This document shows positions 1-7,306 of a stretch of 11,493 nucleotides of DNA, one piece after another; positions within the stretch are counted from its first letter, which is position 1; each line of letters opens with the position of its first letter. This stretch comes from Chlamydiales bacterium (GTDB taxonomy: Bacteria; Chlamydiota; Chlamydiia; Chlamydiales; JBDQID01), in contig JBLFWS010000109.1 in assembly GCA_047611865.1 (NCBI GenBank), forward strand, positions 1 to 11,493, written 5' to 3'. The translations under genes were made by a program, and so were the position numbers. The notes under the pieces are model-generated. The model did not search any database. It saw only the letters and a program-made list of their open reading frames with translations, and was not told where the DNA came from.

Positions 1-158
1 ATAGAAGCTCTCTCTTCATACCTTTGGGTGGGAGCTTTCTCTTCATGCCTTAGCATAGAAGCTCTCTCTTCATACCTTTGGGTGGGAGCTTTCTCTTCAT
101 GCCTTAGCATAGAAGCTCTCTCTTCATGCCTTTGGGTGGGAGCTTTCTCCTCATACCT
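1..158 (-). repeat. Coding tandem repeat in flhF: 54-bp unit made of two related 27-bp subunits, ~3 copies visible (continues past the window edge)
   Basis: Positions 1-54 and 55-108 are identical and 109-158 is near-identical. It encodes RYEEKAPTQ-RHEERASML-RHEEKAPTQ-RYEERASML-RHEEKAPTQ-RYEERAS..., starting at about residue 130. Confidence 0.95.
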
Positions 159-545
159 CTGTACAGGAACTCTTTCAATTGTTTCGGGCTCCCTCACCTG
201 AAGAGCATCTTCTTCCTTTTCCACTGGCGCCACATCACGTGAAATTTTTCCCAGTACTCTCTTTATGTCAGCAAGACTGTCATCCAAGGTTTCGGAAGCC
301 GAGTGAGGCTCTATATCATTCTGAAATAATGCTGAGGATACAGGTACCCGTACCTTTTCATAAGCCTCAAGGTCTCCTTCATCAACAGCTGCTGTAATTT
401 CCAGTTGTTCTGTAGCAAATAAAGCCTTGATGCCCTTTTCTCTTACGGTACGAGTAGTCAAAATTATAGCCTCGGGACCAAGCTCTTGCTCTATGACAGC
501 TTTGACATCGTCTTCTTTTTCCACTCGGAATTTTTTTATTATCAT
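1..545 (-). CDS. flhF: Flagellar biosynthesis SRP-family GTPase FlhF, N-terminal part (runs off the window's left edge; missing from the ORF track)
   Basis: Hand translation from ATG at 545 (alternative GTG at 548, preceded by an AGGGA RBS-like motif) is open to position 1: MIIKKFRVEKEDDVKAVIEQELGPEAIILTTRTVREKGIKALFATEQLEITAAVDE... This matches the FlhF N-terminal pattern M-x-I-K-K-F...ELG-x-(D/E)-A-(V/I)-I-L-x-T-R...EITAA. It lies directly downstream of flhA, the canonical position. The GTPase domain is outside the window. Confidence 0.85.
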   Translation of the reverse strand, partial: MIIKKFRVEKEDDVKAVIEQELGPEAIILTTRTVREKGIKALFATEQLEITAAVDEGDLEAYEKVRVPVSSALFQNDIEPHSASETLDDSLADIKRVLGKISRDVAPVEKEEDALQVREPETIERVPVQRYEEKAPTQRHEERASMLRHEEKAPTQRYEERASMLRHEEKAPTQRYEERAS

Positions 546-575
546 CACTCGTTCCCTACGTTTCTAGTCATCCGC

Positions 576-2672
576 TTACATCAAAACTTCACTACTAATC
601 GATCCTGTACTCTTTATCTCAACTTCCGAAGACAACTCATTGAATGAAAGCACTGGCAGGCGGGGTAGGCTTCTTTCAATTAACTTTTTAAAATGTAACC
701 TTATTGAAGGAGATGTCAAGATAATTGGTTGCACTCCTTCTTTCGAGGCCTCTTCAAAAAAGGCGTTTATCTCCTCAATAATTTGCCGTGTCGTCGACGG
801 CCTCAAAACTATGCGACTACCGAAATCATTTGTCTGTATACTCTCAGAAACCATCTGCTCAACTTTCGGATCCATGGTAACTGCGTGAATCACATTGCTC
901 TCATCAGCAAACTGCTTGGAGATACTCCTCGATAGCCCTTGTCTCACATATTCTGTCAGTATCATTGTATCGGTCGTTTGAGCAGCGTAGTCTGCGAGGA
1001 CCTCCAATATAGTTACAATGTCTCTAACAGGAATACGCTCTTTTAAAAGATTTTGCAAGACCTTCAGCACCTGTCCATTCGTCAAAAGAGTAGGAACCAA
1101 TTCTTCCACGACCGTTGATGCATGGATCTTCGCGTTATCCAATAGCTTGGATACCTCCTCACGATTTATCAATTCATGAGCGTGAGCGTGAATAACCTCT
1201 GTTAGGTGAGTCGCTATAACAGAGAGTGTATCAACAACTGTATATCCAGCAGCTTCAGCAGCATCTTTTTGTGAACCAGAAATCCATAATGCTTGTAAGC
1301 CAAAAGCAGGCTCAACGGTTTTGATACCTGATATCTGCTTCTCCACATTCCCTGGATTCATGGCAAGATAACTGTCTAAATACAACTTACCATTCGCAAC
1401 TTCAATACCTTTAATTTTTATTGAGTAAGCATCAGACTCCAATGACATATTGTCCCGAATACGTATGGGTGGCACCACGACGCCAAGTTCTGAGGCTATC
1501 TGCCTCCGAATTACCGTGATGCGTGAAAGAAGGTCTCCCCCTTGTGCCGAATCCACCAAAGGTATGAGGCCATACCCCAGCTCTATTTCCATCGGATCCA
1601 CGAAGAGAGCTCTCTCTACATCGTCACCCGACGGAGTACCTGTCTCTAACTCCTCATCTGTTGCTGTCGTCATCCCTACATCCAATGCACTTAACTCTTG
1701 ATCACTCGCCCTCCACATAGAATAGGCATAGATCCCGAGAGTCCCCGAAATAGGTAACATTACAGACATTGGCATCCCGGGAACCATACTCAAAAATAAT
1801 ACGATCGCAGAGGTCATGAAAAGAACCCGAGGATTGTTGAACAGCTGCTTCTGCAAAGATCTACCAAAATTATCTTTGCTAGAAGAAGACCTGGTAACAA
1901 TTACACCGGCGCCGACAGAAATCAAAAGGGCTGGGATCTGGGAAACCAATCCGTCACCCACGGACAGGATAGTGTACACTTCAGCAGCTTCTTGCCATGT
2001 CATCCCTTTCATGGCCATACCAATAATCAATCCACCAACAATGTTGACAATCGTGATGACAATACCTGCCACGGCATCACCACGTACGAACTTCGAGGCA
2101 CCATCCATTGATCCATAGAAATCAGCTTCAGCAGTGATCTTTGCTCTGCGCATCTTTGCTTCGGTGTCATCGATAACACCTGCGTTGAGATCCGCATCGA
2201 TAGACATCTGTTTACCGGGCATGGCATCCAAGGTAAAACGGGCGGCAACTTCCGCTACACGACCACTACCTTTTGTGATAACGACAAAGTTAATAACGGT
2301 AAGCAAGATAAAGATAACGATACCAACAATCTGGTTTCCTCCCGTTACGAACTCACCAAATGTTTTTATGATATCCCCAGCTTGAGCTTCGGCAAGAATC
2401 ATTCGTGTAGAAGCAATGTTCAATCCCAGGCGGAAAAGTGTCAGAAAAAGGAGTAAGGAAGGGAAGGAATTAAATTCAACTGCTTCTTCTACGTACAAAG
2501 TCATGAGCAAAGTAGTGACCGCTAGAAGAATACTGATAGAGATAAAAGCATCAAGAAGCACCGGGGGTAGAGGAACCACCAGCAACATGACGATTCCCAC
2601 CACGGCCAGTGACATGACCACGTCAACGTGTCGCTCTAAACTTCCTAATTTTCCTAATATCTGATCAAGCAT
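576..2672 (-). CDS. flhA: Flagellar export gate protein FlhA
   Basis: 698 aa with a multi-TM N-terminus, FHIPEP motifs (RVAEVAARFTLDAMPGKQMSIDADLNAG; DFYGSMDGASKFVRGDA) and cytoplasmic-domain motifs typical of flagellar FlhA (ELGYGLIPLVD, PPIRIRDN, EPAFGL). It sits between flhB and flhF. Confidence 0.93.
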   Translation of the reverse strand: MLDQILGKLGSLERHVDVVMSLAVVGIVMLLVVPLPPVLLDAFISISILLAVTTLLMTLYVEEAVEFNSFPSLLLFLTLFRLGLNIASTRMILAEAQAGDIIKTFGEFVTGGNQIVGIVIFILLTVINFVVITKGSGRVAEVAARFTLDAMPGKQMSIDADLNAGVIDDTEAKMRRAKITAEADFYGSMDGASKFVRGDAVAGIVITIVNIVGGLIIGMAMKGMTWQEAAEVYTILSVGDGLVSQIPALLISVGAGVIVTRSSSSKDNFGRSLQKQLFNNPRVLFMTSAIVLFLSMVPGMPMSVMLPISGTLGIYAYSMWRASDQELSALDVGMTTATDEELETGTPSGDDVERALFVDPMEIELGYGLIPLVDSAQGGDLLSRITVIRRQIASELGVVVPPIRIRDNMSLESDAYSIKIKGIEVANGKLYLDSYLAMNPGNVEKQISGIKTVEPAFGLQALWISGSQKDAAEAAGYTVVDTLSVIATHLTEVIHAHAHELINREEVSKLLDNAKIHASTVVEELVPTLLTNGQVLKVLQNLLKERIPVRDIVTILEVLADYAAQTTDTMILTEYVRQGLSRSISKQFADESNVIHAVTMDPKVEQMVSESIQTNDFGSRIVLRPSTTRQIIEEINAFFEEASKEGVQPIILTSPSIRLHFKKLIERSLPRLPVLSFNELSSEVEIKSTGSISSEVLM

Positions 2673-2698
2673 CGGTAAAACACCACTCTCTTCTTAGT

Positions 2699-3850
2699 TT
2701 ATGGTGCAGCTGTTGCATTAGCCCCTTTTTGCTCTTCTATACCATAACCGGGTAGCGGTAAAGAAACATCTTCATCCCTTGCTTTCATTTTTTCATCTAA
2801 ACGATAGATATAAGCAAGGACTTCTGCCACTGCGTGGTAAAAATCTGGAGGCACCATCTGTCCCACTTCAACTACTTTGTACATAGCTCTGGCCAAAAGA
2901 GGATTTTCCACTATTGGCACATTGTTTTCTCTCGCAATATCCTTGATTGCCAGGGCCATCAAGCGGGCTCCCTTTGCAAGACATACTGGAGCAACCATAT
3001 TATCGGGATCATATTTTATCGCGACGGCATAGTGAATGGGGTTAGCGATAACCACATCGGCATGAGGCACGTTCCCTTTCATGCGCGACTGAGAAAATTT
3101 CTGCATCATTTCACGCATTCTTGATTTTACGTGCATGTCACCTTCCTGCTGCTTGCGCTCCTCTTTCACTTCCTGTTTTGACATCTTCATATCTCGGGCA
3201 AACTTCCATCTCTGGTATATAGTGTCAGCAATACCCAGGATAATAAGAATCAAAGCAATCACTAAGCCGATATGCAAAACAGATTCAGCAAGAAATAACA
3301 AAAGCTCTTTAGGTTTTGCATTAACCATGGTCTCTATTTCCGGCAGCAGCCCCATAATAAACGATCCCACAACAAAGCCAACCACAGCCAGTTTACTCAA
3401 ACCAAAAACCATTTTCATAACTGCAGAAATCTCAAAAAACTTCTTAAAGTTCTTCATGTTAAAAATATTCAACTTGTCCCATTTTGGCTTCAACGATTCA
3501 GGAGAAATCACCAAGCCGACCTGATAGATGTTGACTAACAGGGCCATAACAAATATTGCGCCGAGGACAGGCATAATCATTAACAGGGTATATTTAATTC
3601 CAACATCAAACCAAAAAACGAGTCCTGCATGGCTAACATACTGTTTATCCAAATTCGTAAATATCGCTACCGTAAGACCCGCTAACATCTCGTATAACCC
3701 TTTAGATACGGTCAGGAGCATGATCATACCGGTAAGCAATATGAACGCCGTTGTAAGATCCTGTGACTTGGCCACCTGGCCTTTTTTTCTAGAATCGGTC
3801 AGCTTTTTTGCTGTGGCATCTTCTGTCTTATCCGCTACATCATCAGCCAT
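2699..3850 (-). CDS. flhB: Flagellar export substrate-switch protein FlhB
   Basis: 383 aa with N-terminal DKTEDATAKKL..RKKGQVAKSQD, four TM segments, KMSKQEVKEERKQQEGD, autocleavage region ADVVIANPIHYAVAIKYD, and VPIVENPLLARAMY...YHAVAEVLAYIY. An AAGGA RBS lies upstream on the minus strand. Confidence 0.93.
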   Translation of the reverse strand: MADDVADKTEDATAKKLTDSRKKGQVAKSQDLTTAFILLTGMIMLLTVSKGLYEMLAGLTVAIFTNLDKQYVSHAGLVFWFDVGIKYTLLMIMPVLGAIFVMALLVNIYQVGLVISPESLKPKWDKLNIFNMKNFKKFFEISAVMKMVFGLSKLAVVGFVVGSFIMGLLPEIETMVNAKPKELLLFLAESVLHIGLVIALILIILGIADTIYQRWKFARDMKMSKQEVKEERKQQEGDMHVKSRMREMMQKFSQSRMKGNVPHADVVIANPIHYAVAIKYDPDNMVAPVCLAKGARLMALAIKDIARENNVPIVENPLLARAMYKVVEVGQMVPPDFYHAVAEVLAYIYRLDEKMKARDEDVSLPLPGYGIEEQKGANATAAP

Positions 3851-4121
3851 GTATGGTCCTTAGCAAGAGATCCGATAGAATATTGAACTCATCCCCTTGA
3901 CTCTCACTTCCCTTCAACATCTTTTTAAGGAATGTTTCTAGTAAATTTCAAGTTTTTTTTTAAAGAATCAGCCACCTAGGTCGTATATTAAAACGAGCGA
4001 ATGTCTGATTTTGAGTCCTTTTTTATAATTGAGCATCGCTCACAACTCTCCATACTTGGACAAGTAGAGGAATTGGGTGCGATTCAAAAGTGTGGCAAAA
4101 GTGTCCAAGGGCAACATTTCG

Positions 4122-4159
4122 TAATTTTAATAAACGACCTGGGTCCTTTATTAAAATTA
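4122..4159. repeat. 38-bp near-perfect AT-rich dyad (operator-like or hairpin)
   Basis: TAATTTTAATAAA (4122-4134) is the exact reverse complement of TTTATTAAAATTA (4147-4159). The inner GACC/GGTC also pairs, with a C/C mismatch and a 2-nt centre. Confidence 0.8.
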
Positions 4160-4199
4160 GCGACAACTATTTTTTTATAGATCTTTTCTCAGGGGAAAC

Positions 4200-4553
4200 G
4201 CAAGCGTCAAACCAACCCATCTTGACAGTATACCCATTATGGTTTGGCATTGGCGAAGCCTTCATGAGTCCGGAGGACGTCCGGTGAGCCTCGGGTGACT
4301 GAGCTTGCGAAGGAACCCGAGGACGTTTTATATGGGAAAATGAGCCCTCCAGGCCGATTGAAAGGTGAAACAAGCTTCAATCGGCCTCGTTCCTCGGGCT
4401 CTATATCTCCTAACTCCCACCACGGGTTCCCTCGCAAGCTTAAGTCACCCGAGGCTCTAACCGGACGTCCTCCGGACTCATGAAGGCTTCGCCAATATCA
4501 CATCCCATTCTTTAATATGGGTAACTGTCAAGATGGGTTGATTTGACGCTAAC
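4200..4553. mobile_element. 354-bp non-autonomous MITE-like element with IS66-type terminal inverted repeats and 8-bp target-site duplication
   Basis: Exact direct repeat GGGGAAAC at 4192-4199 and 4554-4561 abuts both ends. Left end is GCAAGCGTCAAACCAACCCATCTTGACAGTATACCCAT; right end (reverse complement) is GTTAGCGTCAAATCAACCCATCTTGACAGT-TACCCAT. Each end differs by one base from GTAAGCGTC, resembling the GTAAGCG-type start of IS66-family IRs, and IS66 elements make 8-bp duplications. No transposase ORF is present. Confidence 0.8.
4249..4496. repeat. GC-rich long imperfect palindrome (~250 bp) nested inside the MITE
   Basis: Perfect 37-bp IR 4249-4285/4460-4496; 15-bp 4286-4300/4443-4457; 9-bp 4302-4310/4432-4440; 8-bp 4312-4319/4423-4430; 6-bp 4342-4347/4396-4401; 12-bp 4351-4362/4376-4387 closing a 13-nt loop. 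Confidence 0.95.
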
Positions 4554-4557
4554 GGGG

Positions 4558-4586
4558 AAACTGAGTTTCGTGAGGTCAGTTTTTTT
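4558..4586 (+). terminator. Possible intrinsic terminator just downstream of the MITE
   Basis: AAACTGA-gtttcgtgagg-TCAGTTT stem-loop running into a T7 tract. The stem is weak and AT-rich. Confidence 0.35.
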
Positions 4587-4700
4587 CAGGAGGGAAAAGA
4601 TTGATGAAGTCAGTATAAAAATTAAGATCGATAGAGAACCAAGTTAAATTCTCAGATTTCTAACAGTGCCTTGAGATACAAGATTTTTCGAAAAAAAAGA

Positions 4701-4729
4701 TTTAAGAATAAGAGAAACTGGCGTATAAT
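4701..4729 (+). promoter_or_regulatory. Putative sigma66/sigma70 promoter of marC-truA-map
   Basis: Perfect TATAAT at 4724-4729 with a weak -35 (TTTAAG, 4701-4706) at 17-bp spacing and an A-tract upstream. It lies ~45 bp before the marC ATG. Confidence 0.45.
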
Positions 4730-4774
4730 CTTGCCTGAGAAAATTATTTACATCTCCCTATTTTACAGGTCTTT

Positions 4775-5365
4775 ATGTCCATATTCACTATTGCTTTTGC
4801 CCTTTTTATCATTATGGATCCTATTGGCAATACGCCCGTCTTCATTTCCATGCTTAAAGGATATGAAATCGAACGGCAACAAAGGATCATCATACGCGAA
4901 CATCTTATATCCCTTTTTCTGCTCATAAGCTGTAACTTCGTAGGTGAAGCTGTTCTCAGATTACTACACGTATCGCAAGCATCCGTTTATATCACCTCAG
5001 GAGTTATCTTATTCCTAATTGCCTTAAGGATGATTTTTCCACATCTCGGCCCCAGAAAAGTCACCGTTCCCGCTCCTGACGACGAGCCCTTTATTACGCC
5101 CCTTGCTGTACCGCTAATCGCTGGGCCCTCCGTTATGGCCACCATCATGCTGTACTCCGCTCAAGCAAGTGACTTCGAAATGGTTGGAGCTATTCTTATT
5201 GCCTGGATCGTATCCTTATCAATTCTGGTTTGTAGCCCGTACATCCAAAAAGCTGTTGGCCCAAAAGGTCTTATAGCGGTTGAGAGACTCATGGGTATGA
5301 TTCTCACTTTAATTAGCATCGAAAGGTTCCTGGTAGGAACTAAATTGTTTATTCACTCCCTGTAA
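4775..5365 (+). CDS. MarC/YhgN-family inner membrane protein
   Basis: 196 aa, ~6 TM segments, MarC motifs LFIIMDPIGNTPVF, PFITPLAVPLIAGPSVMATIM and G..AVERLMGMIL. Confidence 0.93.
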   Translation: MSIFTIAFALFIIMDPIGNTPVFISMLKGYEIERQQRIIIREHLISLFLLISCNFVGEAVLRLLHVSQASVYITSGVILFLIALRMIFPHLGPRKVTVPAPDDEPFITPLAVPLIAGPSVMATIMLYSAQASDFEMVGAILIAWIVSLSILVCSPYIQKAVGPKGLIAVERLMGMILTLISIERFLVGTKLFIHSL

Positions 5366-5378
5366 ATCTGCAAGTGTC

Positions 5379-6125
5379 ATGAAAAATATCAAGATCACCA
5401 TAGCTTACGACGGTAGCGAATATCTGGGTTGGCAAAATACCAAAATGGGTCCAAGTATTGAAGGTACTTTACTCACTGTACTCGAAAAGGTCCTCCAGGA
5501 AAAAATCTCTTTACAAGCTGCCAGCCGTACCGATGCGGGTGTCCATGCCAGAAGTCAGATAGTGAATTTCATTACAAAGAAAAAAGACTTAGACCTTGTA
5601 TCTCTTGAGAGAGCCTTAAATAGCCTACTCCCTCCAGACATTGCCGTTCTCAAGTTAGAGTTTGCCCTTAAGGATTTCCACCCCACTTTGGACTGTCAAA
5701 AGAAAGAGTACCACTACCACCTATGTTCCAATCAGGCTCAGCTACCTCACAACCGCCACTTTTCCTGGCACTACCCCCACTCTCTAAATATTGAACTTAT
5801 GCGCTCGATGAGCCAAGCCCTTATCGGCAAGCATGACTTTGCAGCCTTTATAAACTGCATGAATAATAAGATACCTGATGACACTATCAGAGAACTTACT
5901 CGTATTGACTTAATAGAACTTCCAGAAAATCGCCTTCGTTTTGAAGTGGAGGGGCGTCATTTTCTGTACAAAATGGTGAGAAACATTGTAGGATATTTGG
6001 TTTATGTGGGTTGTGGAAAGCTCAAACCCGGAGCCATATCACAAATTCTTGCCAGCAAGGACCGCAAGCTCGGAGGTATTACCGCTCCCGCTCTCGGCCT
6101 AACATTATTTGAAATAAATTACTAA
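5379..6125 (+). CDS. truA: tRNA pseudouridine(38-40) synthase TruA
   Basis: 248 aa with IAYDGSEYLGWQ, catalytic ASRTDAGVHA, GKHDFAAF, FLYKMVRNIVG and TAPALGLTL motifs. Confidence 0.96.
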   Translation: MKNIKITIAYDGSEYLGWQNTKMGPSIEGTLLTVLEKVLQEKISLQAASRTDAGVHARSQIVNFITKKKDLDLVSLERALNSLLPPDIAVLKLEFALKDFHPTLDCQKKEYHYHLCSNQAQLPHNRHFSWHYPHSLNIELMRSMSQALIGKHDFAAFINCMNNKIPDDTIRELTRIDLIELPENRLRFEVEGRHFLYKMVRNIVGYLVYVGCGKLKPGAISQILASKDRKLGGITAPALGLTLFEINY

Positions 6126-6165
6126 ACTTGTAAAGTAGCCTTAACTACAAGGCAGGAGATTGCTT

Positions 6166-7056
6166 ATGTTCGGTCGCAACGACCCATGTTGGTGTGGCAG
6201 TGAAAAGAAGTGGAAGAAATGCCACTACCCGGAAGTTGCTCCTTTGAGTAAAAGGAAGAGCATCATAGCCCAAGAATACAAAAAAAAATTCAACATCCTC
6301 ATCAAAAACGATAAAGAAATCGAAGGCATCCGCAACTCAGGGCGTTTAGCCGCAAAAATTCTTGATGCTACAGTCAAAGCCGCCAAAGAAGGCGTCTCCA
6401 CTGAAGACTTGAATAAGCTCGCCCATCAGATGCATCTAGATGCAGGAGCTATTCCCGCCCCCCTAAACTACGGGCACCCTCCATTCCCCAAGAGCATCTG
6501 CACCTCTGTCAATGAAGTGGTATGTCACGGCATTCCCGATAATAGCCCTCTGATTAAAGGCGACATCGTTAATATCGATGTAACCTGCATTCTTAATGGA
6601 TACTACGGTGACTGCAGCCGCATGGTCGTAATTGGTGGCGAGACCTCGCCCGAACGCCAACGTGTTGTGGACGTTTCTCTGGAGTGCCTAAATCGTTCCA
6701 TTGCTATCATGAAGCCAGGTACCCTTCTGTCAGAAATTGGGAATGTCATTGAGCCCTACGCTCAATCCAAAAGATGCTCTGTTGTACACCAGTTTGTTGG
6801 ACATGGTGTTGGGGTAAACTTTCATGAAGCTCCACAGATCTACCACAATATGAATGATGTTCACATCCCTGTAATTCCAGGAATGACCTTCACTATTGAA
6901 CCTATGGTCAACGCCGGTGTCGCCGAGGCTGTCATCGACTCCCGGGATCACTGGACTGCCCGTACTAAAGATGGTAAGGCTAGTGGCCAATGGGAACACA
7001 CACTCTTGATTACAGACGATGGCTGTGAAATCCTGACTGCGTGGCCAAAAGGCTAG
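6166..7056 (+). CDS. map: Type I methionine aminopeptidase with N-terminal SEC-C motif
   Basis: SEC-C motif RNDPCWCGSEKKWKKCH; FPKSICTSVNEVVCHGIP; metal ligands in NIDVT, GDCSR, GHGVG..FHE, TIEP and WEHT. AGGAG at 6154-6158 favours ATG 6166 over TTG 6160. Confidence 0.96.
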   Translation: MFGRNDPCWCGSEKKWKKCHYPEVAPLSKRKSIIAQEYKKKFNILIKNDKEIEGIRNSGRLAAKILDATVKAAKEGVSTEDLNKLAHQMHLDAGAIPAPLNYGHPPFPKSICTSVNEVVCHGIPDNSPLIKGDIVNIDVTCILNGYYGDCSRMVVIGGETSPERQRVVDVSLECLNRSIAIMKPGTLLSEIGNVIEPYAQSKRCSVVHQFVGHGVGVNFHEAPQIYHNMNDVHIPVIPGMTFTIEPMVNAGVAEAVIDSRDHWTARTKDGKASGQWEHTLLITDDGCEILTAWPKG

Positions 7057-7306
7057 TCAGATTTTAATAAGCACAGAGGAAGAAAGGAGGTATAGGAAAT
7101 ACTTATCACTGATTTGTGAAGAATTTTCTTATGCTTCTCTTTTTCTGTGCTGTGAATTATACGACAGCATCACCTCCCCTCTACTTCGATCATATTAAAC
7201 AACTACCAACTTCTGATATCCTTTATAGTTACCTTTCTATATATTATTCGCACGTTTATCAAAAAAAAAAAACTCCACCCATAAAAATATATAAAAAGGT
7301 TTTATT

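Noticed and set aside
1..158. Possible CRISPR array
   Set aside because: The units are contiguous with no unique spacers, have a period divisible by 3 and lie in frame within flhF.
465..490. Suspected frameshift early in flhF (absent from the ORF track)
   Set aside because: Re-reading gives GAG CTT GGT CCC GAG GCT in frame. The ORF is missing from the track only because its stop lies outside the window.
576..3850. Injectisome SctV/SctU (CdsV/CdsU) assignment
   Set aside because: The ELGYGLI motif in FlhA, an NPxH-type FlhB and a downstream FlhF-like gene indicate the flagellar system.
179..3863. Plus-strand ORFs (179..397, 640..888, 729..935, 1450..1701, 1816..2118, 2134..2385, 2416..2664, 2834..3124, 3135..3524, 3528..3863) and 2027..2248 (-)
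   Set aside because: Antisense or out-of-frame shadows of flhF, flhA and flhB with no recognisable motifs.
3961..3987. Sigma28-like TAAAGAAT-N11-GTCGTATA
   Set aside because: The -10 lacks the CGA core and the site points away from flhB, with no nearby gene on that strand.
4090..4483. Short ORFs over the palindromic element (4090..4287, 4167..4373, 4237..4437, 4295..4483)
   Set aside because: Expected by chance in a GC-rich palindrome; no transposase or other motif and no convincing RBS.
4249..4496. 6S RNA or another housekeeping ncRNA
   Set aside because: Longer and far more perfectly paired than 6S, enclosed by IS-like ends and a target duplication, and no recognised conserved motif. It needs an Rfam search, so it is not called.
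4719..4734. Sigma54 promoter TGGCGTATAATCTTGC
   Set aside because: GG-to-GC spacing is 11 nt rather than the required 10. The embedded TATAAT is better explained as a -10 box.
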